NCBI GenBank assembly: GCA_964304625.1 | Contig: OZ199840.1 | Span: 7,293,635-7,357,634, forward strand | Direction: 5' to 3' | Source of the DNA: Kudoa neothunni | Taxonomy: Eukaryota > Animalia > Cnidaria | Length of the DNA: 64,000 nucleotides | Shown: positions 54,701-64,000 of the stretch, piece after piece | Position numbering within the stretch: position 1 is the stretch's first letter | Layout: each line of letters opens with the position of its first letter | Translations under genes and position numbers: made by a program | The notes under the pieces: generated by a model | Database searches by the model: none | What the model was told of the DNA's origin: nothing | The model's input: only the letters and a program-made list of their open reading frames with translations

Positions 54701-55213
54701 AGATAAAAGATTCGTTAAGAGACTTTTCATTCAAACACAAAAACATTATACCAACGTTGGTCTTAAAGAAATATGTTGGTATTCTTAGTAACAATGTGGC
54801 CGCAGTGGTAGCCTTAAAAATCACTGAGTTGACGGTAAATTAGAATTCGATAAGAAAAGTGGACTTTTTTGTTCTAGGACATTCCTGAGAAGAACATTCC
54901 ACATATCGTTGCTCTTATTGAAGATATTATGGATTTCTTTGCCACTTATGGATTGGACACTGGCTCCAGCGATGAACTTTCAAAAGTTCCCGTTGTTGGT
55001 CAACTCAAACACATGATGAAGATACTCACAAGCAATCTGTATATGATAGCTCAAATGTGGAGTGATAGCAGCAATGCGGCTGTAGATGATAAAAACGAAA
55101 ACAGCAACCTACGAACTTACCTCACTAGAGAGCAAATAATCAAACTGATAGAATCAATCTTTCAAGAGTCGAATATTAGAGCTGATGTTATTGATAAAAT
55201 ACGTTGGGAATGA
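48788..55213 (+). CDS. ZW10: ZW10 (RZZ/NRZ complex subunit), multi-exon with two TE-expanded introns
   Basis: C-terminus ILTSNLYMIAQMW...LTREQIIKLIESIFQESNIRADVIDKIR matches the ZW10 end (LQASLQEIGDRW...[25 protein letters not shown]). Chain of short GT-AG bounded plus-strand exons from 48788 with an N-terminal coiled coil. Middle exons not fully phased. Confidence 0.72.
51358..51728 (+). mobile_element. pogo/CENP-B HTH relic in ZW10 intron
   Basis: MDFDLEVKEWIELMRAK*...INKA...SWL resembles the CENP-B-type HTH; ends CACTG-TA near 51728. Confidence 0.4.
54068..54097 (-). mobile_element. Solitary TIR relic of the 32552 pogo family
   Basis: Reverse complement TAGAGTCGCGCCTCGGTGTTATGTAGTA aligns to TACAGTCGTGCTTCGGTATTGCGTAGTA. 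Confidence 0.5.
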
Positions 55214-55350
55214 AAAAATAAAATAATCAAAAGAAATATTTTCTACTAATATCTAATATTTTGTTACATATACAAAACAAATGATTTTGGTTTTTGATGT
55301 GATAATTTACAGCAGAAAGTGGTTAATCATAAGGTGAATCCTCGATACCC

Positions 55351-58300
55351 TTATATTTTCGGGCGTAGTTTGCCTTTTCTTTTTTTGGCCTGTTTCCTCC
55401 AATGTTTATTTGTAACATCAATCATTGATAAAGGATTATTGGATGCAGATCCAATCAAACTGTCGATTCTGTCTTTATCGAGTTTTTGTTGGAATTTTTC
55501 TTCCATATTGGTTTCATCGACCATCTACGGAGTGGGGTACAAATTAGCGCAAATACATTGAAAAATACGTTTGACATTTTGATAATTTTTGAATGCATCT
55601 GATCGCAATAGGATTGAGAATTATCATTGCGTTCGGTAAGAATTTGTTTTATTTGGTTGTAATTATTGAAATCAAACGAATCAAAATTTGACGGAGATTG
55701 AACGTAGACTAGTTTACCCTTGGAATATATACAATTAATTTCGAATCCAAACATAACACCAACGTCTATGGTTACATTGACATAATCCTTGAGTAAAATT
55801 TTTGATCCTTCATTCAGATTTGCAACTCCACAGGAGGTCAGTAAACCACGCATTACTTAAAAAACTAAGTCTTACTATTATACACTCGCATATAAAACTA
55901 ACCTGAAAACGAAGACAACAATTCTTCACTGTTGCAGTAATCAGGATGAATTCTCGCCTTTGTCGTGGGTATTTTTATATTGTATATGTATTCGAAAACG
56001 TATTGAGGTATCCGAGAAACCATCTAATAATAATTATATATTATTATTTGATTGCGGCCAATCGAAAATATAATTTTAATATATTTTTATTGGTAACAAA
56101 ATAACCCTGCAATTATCGATGAATTTTGAGGTAGGAAATTAGGCTACATAATAAATTAATTAGATAAAAATTAAATATTTTCAATTTTATGGCAATCGAT
56201 TGCTACTAATGTTATTATATTAGGGGACTTTATGAAGACGATAAACATTACACCTAACATTCAAACTGATAACAGAAAAAATTTTATATTTCCTAAATAA
56301 TGTAACATCTTACATAAATTTAACAGCAGAAAAGTTGTTAAATCATTTTATAACAATAAAATTAACTAAGGACCAAACGAACTACGAAAAGCAATAATTT
56401 AGACAATAAATTGTTTTTTTTTCAAAAATGAACTTTTATAATTCTCTAACTACGTTATTATATGTATAAATTATTATTTATTATTCTATTAGTAAATAAA
56501 AATTTGGGGAAATTTCCAATCTATCCCAATTTAAAGTAAAATAAATTTCAATTTAAAATGTGTTACATGCGTATACCAAAAATCATTAAATTTTAACAAA
56601 TTAGCGTAATTTAGAACTAACTAGGCGCTCTTAACACATCGTGTTAGTCCTAAATGTGAATCACTCACGCGCTAATTATTTTTGGTTTCTACAGCTCCTA
56701 TATTTAAGTAGAATGTACAGTTTTTATTCCAAAATCTGTCATACTTATTTTGATATCACAAAAATAGCACTTAAGAAATAAATTTAATTTAATGTAGCAG
56801 ATACTAAAAACATTTTCCATGTAAACAATCAATATAACTTACTTAAGAATTAAAAACCGTGCATAAAACACCTCAAATATATTATTGACATAATTTATAG
56901 AAGATAATAGACAATTTTTAAATCTGTGAGGCCAAAATCAAAGAACAAAGACTGAGCCAAGGATTAAGAGAGTTACAATTTAATAGCATAATTTATTATT
57001 TTTCTCATTAATTAAGTGAAAATATTATTTAAAATAACTTAATATAATTTGATGCGATTGATTACTCCAAAATTCATCCAAATGCATTGATTATCAAAAT
57101 ATTATAAATTTCATTATCTCAATGATAAAGAAATATAGTCATACAAGCTCCATTGCATGAGTGAGGTCTCGAATGTTGTCAATTGGCAATACACCAGCAA
57201 GAATTATGTGCGACAATGAATTGACGAATGTTGGAAAAACCAATCCGGGGCAATCAATCAATTTAATGGTTTTATTCAGCATAAAAGTCTATTGAGATGT
57301 TATTATAGATAACGAGCTGGCAACAAATAGAATTACTTGGAAATGTTTGGTTTTGCCGGGGGTTGCGGAAACAGCCACTTTCTTTGTTTGTAACAGTTGA
57401 TTCAGCGTGGAACTTTTTCCAACATTTGGAAATCCGATCTAAAAGTCGCACAAATTAAAATTTTTACAGGAGTTCATACTATAAATCAACCATTCCAATT
57501 GCGTAAATATCTGATTGACTTTGAGTAGCGTAGTTTTGAAATATCTCTATCAAATCCGATCGACTACAGATTTCATGTTGGTTTGTTGGTTCCTTACAAT
57601 TTGGTGACAGGAATTTCTCATCGACACTTTTTTCTTAATATTGTAAATTTAATAAAATTCAGCCAATCCTTGGTATTTTTTAATTAATCGTTTATATTTT
57701 GACCATGGAAAACGTCATTTATTCATATAATAATTTCTGGGTTAATATTTTATACTTAAAATTTGTCTAAAAATAACAAGAGTTTGTAATATTCTAAAAT
57801 ACGGGATCAATATTACATCAAAATTCAAATAATAAATTTGAAACTACTTAATCTTCTAATTTAGCTATGAAATAAAATATAACGTACGTATCCACTTTTA
57901 TCGGTTTTCTAAAAGCACAACATACTTTAAAAATATTAAATGAGCGATAATTTTATTTTCATTTTATAATATTTTGTGGATTTTAGGACAATCAGAAGTA
58001 AAACACTCCAAATAAAAAGTATGTGATAAGCTATATCGTCACGCAGTTTTTTAGGCAGACGTTGTGTTATTAATTAGTTTTTTTTATTCTCACGGATGAC
58101 CAAATTAAATCCAAAACAAGAATAATACTGATACATATAAAATAATAATATAATAGCATTTCTTTGAGAGGGACGAAAATTACCATTATATTGCAATTAG
58201 CTGTAATATAAATTAACGAAAGTAATGGAATTTAATAAAATAGGGAGTTACATAAGAATTTTTTTATATCGGTCTACGGAATTTAGTTATCAAAACTATT

Positions 58301-60376
58301 GGTGTTCTGGACCTACACGTTTATAATCGAATTCTATGAAAGCGATTAAAAATATTAAATGTTTCGTACATAATAAATAAATGAAATAATATCAAAGAAA
58401 TATATATCTTCACACACTCAATTTTATTGTCAGATGAGATATAAAAATTAAAATTTTTAACACCATAAGTAATTAAGGAAAAAGTTATGTAGAAGCAGAT
58501 AAAAACAGTATTACACATTCTGAATTTCAAAAATGAGCGATAAAATATTTGTAAGTAATAAAACTATATTTTCTTTCTGATAGTTTTTTGTTTTAAATTA
58601 ATGATAAAAAATTATATTTCATCCAAAAGATATTACAAAAATCATCTACGCGCATGCGCGTACAAAATTCGTAATGCGATATACGACTAGGTTTTCGCGG
58701 CTTTTCACGGAAACAAATAGAATTGCGTTAAAGTGGTTATATATTGTCCTATATTATTCCTATGATTAACACCACAAGAATCGACCAAAAATAATTTTTA
58801 GTAGATTAGAAAAAATTGACTAAAATAGAGCCACTTAATTCAAAAGTAGTTTCACAAATATACGAATATAATATCGGATTAATTTTGTAAATGCCAATAG
58901 TTAAAACAGTAAATTGTCTAATAATCCAAAAAAGATTTATAGAAATTTTCCAATGTAAATAAAGATGTATATTACTTACACAGCATGAAAAAAATGGTAA
59001 TATTCAGTTTTAGACGAGATAACACTCAAACGCACTCTGATCAAAAAAAATAAAATTCTTATTTAAGTTTATCGGATGATTTTCATAGAAGTTAAAATTC
59101 AAAGTTATCTAAAAAAGAATTTATGAATAAATTTTCTCAAAACTCTATTTATCAGTGGTGTCAATATTATTTTTATATTCGCGCGTGTGCGACGAGCGTA
59201 ACTCATGCAAAATTACACCAAGTTTAATGCTTATTGTAATGAAAAAAGTACCATCAATTTCACATTGATGTGGAGCGTTTGATGACTCAGAAGTGTCAAT
59301 ATCGGTTGTTATAGCGGAGCAAAAATAAACATCGACCCCGGCACTTTTAAAGTAATCCCACCAATACGATCTAAATACAAACAATCATAACTAAGCCAAA
59401 TTCCGGCTGTAGAAAAAATAATGGAAGAAGTGAGAAATGCAACATTACCTTTGGAGGTCAGTTAATAGATCCGATTTGTTCAATAGTAAAATCATTCTTT
59501 TGTCTTTAAAGTAGCCGCCCAAAATCGATTTCTTTATATAGTATAACGAAATTTAAGTACTGTTCAAAGTTACAATAGTGGAACAGTAGAAAAGAAGTGG
59601 ATCTCTTGCGTCCACAATCTGACAAACTAAATCACTAGAAAAAATCCCCGTCAGCCCACCAACTCAAAGCCACCAATAAAATATAACCTGTTTTCAATTA
59701 CGTGCCATAATTGGCGCCAAACATTTAAACTTTTTTCGTATGGAGTAAGTGAAATATTTTCTGTTGTTTGAAACCTACCATAATCAATATAAGAACAATG
59801 TTGTTAGGTAATTTCTAAAATTTACGCATGAATGTTTTTTCGCCAGTTGAAAAAATGCTCTTTTTCCAGCGTATCCAAATCATTCATGTTGACAATATCA
59901 CGATCAATCCATGTAGGTCTTATTGGCATTTGTTGTATCGATCTATTCAAACGATCCATTATTTCTATTTGTGATTCTTTTGGCTGTTCAATTTTCCCAT
60001 TATGTATTATTCGAACATTTGACTGTTTCTCAGAATCTAGTATTGGTGAATTTTAACCATTGTTAATCGACGCCAAGGGCTAAAATTACCCCCAGGATTA
60101 AATAAAAAGGGCTGGGCTATCTCTCGCATATCAAACATGTGTTCAATATGGCCTTGTTGAATCACTGATTTAGGTTTGTACTCGGTTTCAATGATCCTTT
60201 CTTCCGGCATGTGTTGTTTTAAGACCTTAAAGAGTATCACCAGTGAAATCAATTGAAGAAATTCGCCTTACCCATTCATCTGTTTTTGAATTAAAGTTTT
60301 TTATCTGTTTCATCTGCTTAATTCTATTTGTTTTATTTTTCTGTAGACATCGTCCTAGGTTGTTATGTCTGCTCAT
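55351..60376 (-). CDS. LSG1: Large-subunit GTPase LSG1 (circularly permuted), multi-exon with two long introns
   Basis: LGRCL N-terminus; PIRPTW; LTPYEKSLNVWRQLW; QIVDARDPLLF; LLNKSDLL; GFPNVGKSSTLN; VSATPGKTKHFQT; LIDCPGLVFP; ILLKDYVNGKL; basic tail ending TAA at 55351-55353. Confidence 0.94.
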
Positions 60377-61847
60377 TTTGATAGAAAACTTCCCAGCGTA
60401 GTGTTGTTTTATAGCGGCGTGCGCATATACTATACACACGCTATGCGTAGAATCAATAAAAATATTATTAAATTTTTGTTTTAAATTGTTTATGTATGAT
60501 CTTGATTAGTATTAATTTGAAAAAATTTAAACTAAAATATAGAATCCTAATTGTCTGTGCTATTGATTTTATTTAGGAAATGAATTTTATAGGTCACGAA
60601 ATTATTCTGAAATATTTAGTGTTAATCTGAGTTGATTTTATAAATTTTGATTCCGAATACACTGTCAAATTTCTATATTTTAATTATCCATGTTACATTA
60701 ATTGAGAAAAAATTTGAAGGTGAATCGATGGTTGAAATTTTGTTATATATAATATTTCAATGATTGTGTTCATTTTTTAATATTTAATGTCAATAAAAAA
60801 TGTCATTAAAATATTTTTACGCTTCTTAAGCATTGAATGAAGATTGAAAATTAATGTATAATACTTTTCATGCGTTATACGATAGGAGTTCCCATTTTCA
60901 AAAGTTTGTCATCATGCACGAGATATTTTATCTCGATTTATTATTTTTTTGTTTAATATATGTTGCTAAATGTTAATATTTTCAAAGTAATTCTTTGACT
61001 TAAATTATAAATTTTACGGATAAGAGAACGTATTTTTGTCTCAGTTGTAATTTATTATAAAAAATAGAAAATTGTGCTATAATTTACTTTTCCTCATTGT
61101 ATATATTTAAAATTTTTTTTATATCAAAGGAGTTCTCTTTTAATAAATAACGAAATTTTTAATGAAGTATATATTTTGGTTATGGTTGGTTTCTAAAAAT
61201 TTGAATTATGAATAGAGATGAGAATACTTTAAAATGAGTTTAGTATATTTTAATTTAAAAATGAATTATAATGGAAGAATTTAAAAAGATTTTATATTTG
61301 TAAGGTAAATAGGTGGAATTAATGAAAAGTTGCGAGTATTTTTCTCTTTTTGCGCGGAACCATTCTGTTAATGAAATGAACTTCGATTATGACAAAGCAT
61401 AAAGATATTTTTTACCAATATATTCAATATAATTACATATTCAAAAAAAACTGTTGAAATTATTGGAATGAGATTTAAAACTCGAAGGACCAACTTAAAA
61501 AACTTGCGCGAGTAACAGTAACCAACTGGGGTCATTTTTGACTCCAGGACTTTTTCATTTTTTTGACAGTTAAATTCTTTTACTCCGCCTAGTTGTTATA
61601 CTTATTATATGTATTTAAAAAAAATTAGGTGATGAGATTTCTAACATTGCTAAGTTACTATTGGGTGCTCACATCGCTCCATAAATCATTACCCATGTTA
61701 CTTGTATATTAACGGATATCATATCTTAAATAAATAGATTCCGCTATTTTATAACATTTTCAAGGAGTGAACGATAATAGTAGAATATCTAATCGAGTTT
61801 TAATGTGAACTTTGAGCACAAGACCCCAAGCATTTGACGATTACAAT

Positions 61848-61935
61848 TAGGGTTGCACCGATACCACATTTTTTAAAACGAGTACGAGTACTTCAAATTT
61901 CAGTATTCACCGATACCGATACCCATTCCGATATC
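61848..61935 (+). mobile_element. hAT-type MITE left end
   Basis: TAGGGTTGCACCGATACC followed by CGAGTA/CGATAC subterminal repeats. Confidence 0.55.
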
Positions 61936-62276
61936 GTTCTACGCATGATCACATTTTAAATTTCAGTTGTTTTAGACGTTTGTTGTATTCCAATGAGATT
62001 ATGCCAAAATTTTTAGTCATTAAATTAAAAATTTTATTTCTCTAAAATTCATTGATTTTACTTAGTATGGGAACCTAACTGATCGTATTATCGGTCAGTA
62101 AAATATTAATTTTCTCAAATAATGCTTTGATATCCATTACATGGATAATTAGTTAATTTAGTACGGTAAAACAAATATTTAGCGCGAGATTGGTATTTTT
62201 ATTCATTAACACATCAAACCATGAATAATATATTTTATCAGATAATTAAATTGTTCGCTTGCCATATTTTTAGACA

Positions 62277-62308
62277 TTAGCGCGAACTGCCCATCGCTGC
62301 TTGGGGAA
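62277..62308 (-). mobile_element. Helitron-like 3' end
   Basis: Minus strand CCCAAGCAGCGATGGGCAGTTCGCGCTAAT: hairpin (CCCA/TGGG) then degenerate CTAG; resembles 21721-21744. Confidence 0.45.
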
Positions 62309-63249
62309 GATTTCGCATAGAGACGTTTCTTTATAACATTAAAAAATACTATGTTTCAAATTGATTTATAGAAAAAGTCAAACTAAATTTTTTTAAGCAT
62401 CATTCTTTGTCGATTTTGATTTCGAAATTTAAATCATGATCATTTCTGTGCAGGTGTGTATCAATCCTGGTTTTTAATTAACAATTTCTTGTCCCAACAC
62501 CAACATTAAATAATTTAAGGTCAGTGTCATATTTATTTTCGTTCCAGAATTATTTAAACTCTGTTAAAATGAAATCTAATAAGTTATTTTTTGGCCCAGA
62601 GGATATTTAATCTTCCGAGCGCCTGAAAATCGACTTCACACATTCCTTCTTGTGGGATCCAATGGACCCCACATGTTTTTAGCTTGAATTATTGAAAAAA
62701 ATGAAATAAGTAATTTAGAAAAGTATGGGAGAAAACTATCGATAAAATATTGGAAAACGTTAAAATTATAACACCGTCGACTAGTAACGATGCTTGCCGA
62801 AATATTAATAACTTTAAATTAAGCGAGTGTAGCCTCTTTTTTGATATGATGGGTTTTAATAAAAAGTATATATAATTCACCATTAAATAAATTCAAAAGA
62901 TTGTTTCCTTCGTAATTAATTTTTTAATAATCACGCCCAATAATACCCGCAATACGTATTGTTCCAAAATACATAAAATGCGAGATATTTATATTTTTTT
63001 TGTTTTTGATATTATAAAATATCACGAAAACAACTTTTGAACTGCTTTCATTACAGATGGCTCTACAAACAAAACATAAAATCCTCGCTTTTCTGTCTCG
63101 AGATATCGAACAACGACAGCATCACTCGAGGCAAAAAAATTCTATTATGCGCTTATAACTTTAATCAACGCGATTTTTGTTTCTCTGAACATAATTCTTT
63201 GCCAAACCATCTTCAAGCTCTTCTAGAAACTTAACTCTTGAACAATTGG

Positions 63250-64000
63250 GATCACAGAAAACAGTCATGAAGATAAAATGAATTAACCAAGCTAATACCA
63301 ACTATAATGAAGAATACTTCTGTCGACCAAAGATTCGTTTACTTTATACACTCTTTGTGGCAATAATATGATCCACTGTTTCCATTTGTCCGTTTTAACG
63401 ACTATATTCCAGGTTAACAACAGATTTTTTCAGTCTGTATCTTCAACATTCGTAGTGAACCGGAGGTTGTTAGTAGTAAAACTGCTTTATCTTTTATAGG
63501 AACATAGGAGATTAGTATTAATTTTTGATTGAACAAAAGTGTACTGAAATTTCCAGTTTTGAATTCATTTTTAGATAATTTGTAATATCTCTTTTATTAT
63601 TTCGGATTGTTCCAGTCGTTCCCCGTGTAAGAGTTTTTGGGCAATGGAAACAGAAGTAAAGAAGTTTCCACAAATGATATTTCTCCCACTTTCCATTAAT
63701 GATGACACAAAATCTAGAAAAATATCTCCTCAACATTTCCTGACGTTTGATTATTGTTTTTATCCAAATACACAGGCAAGTTATGAGTGTACTTGGTCTC
63801 GGGATTGGTAAGGAGAAAATCCTTAGTTCCGTACATTGTTGGTTTGGACAGTATACATTGCCGAAGAAAAATTTTCCCTAAAATCAAATGACTGCTCGTC
63901 AATGGTTAAACTCTCCTGGAGGTAATAAAGTTCGGAACGACAATCTTTCGAAAAATATCCCTTCGCTTTCCAACACTCCAAAGAAATTTGAATCGTTCTA
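63250..64000 (-). mobile_element. Decayed piggyBac transposase, runs off the window
   Basis: Minus-strand fragments TIDEQ, RQCILSKPTMYGTK, YTHNLPVYLDK, TGTIRNNKRDI, with stops/frameshifts. Confidence 0.8.

Noticed and set aside
10257-55213. Functional clustering of kinetochore genes (KNL1, ZW10) or ribosome-related genes
   Set aside because: They are separated by unrelated genes; expected by chance in a housekeeping-enriched reduced genome.

Overview
AT-rich eukaryotic (animal-like) genomic DNA with compact, intron-dense genes. Most introns are about 37-55 nt GT-AG; a few are expanded to 1-2 kb by transposons. The architecture resembles a reduced parasitic metazoan such as a myxozoan (inference only). 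Manual splicing recovers ten conserved genes: CCDC51, KNL1 (SILK and RVSF motifs lie in micro-exons missed by the ORF track), La/SSB, SEC61B, PELO, NDUFAF3, NOP58, EMC1, ZW10 and LSG1. Two unrecognised multi-exon genes sit at the left end. Intergenic and intronic space holds decayed DNA transposons (piggyBac, pogo/Tigger, MITEs, Helitron and hAT ends), including two clean nested insertions. Most notable: a pogo transposase whose C-terminal PIP box is reached only by splicing two host-sized micro-introns; a GC-rich, highly base-paired cassette plus tRNA-like head inside a MITE in a PELO intron; a GCGC-rich NRF1-like motif shared by gene starts and transposon ends; a piggyBac with a 132-bp internal inverted repeat; and a PGF-to-PGC change in Pelota. 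No prokaryotic systems, CRISPR arrays, rRNA or intact tRNA were seen. All gene models are hand-built; some internal boundaries are approximate.
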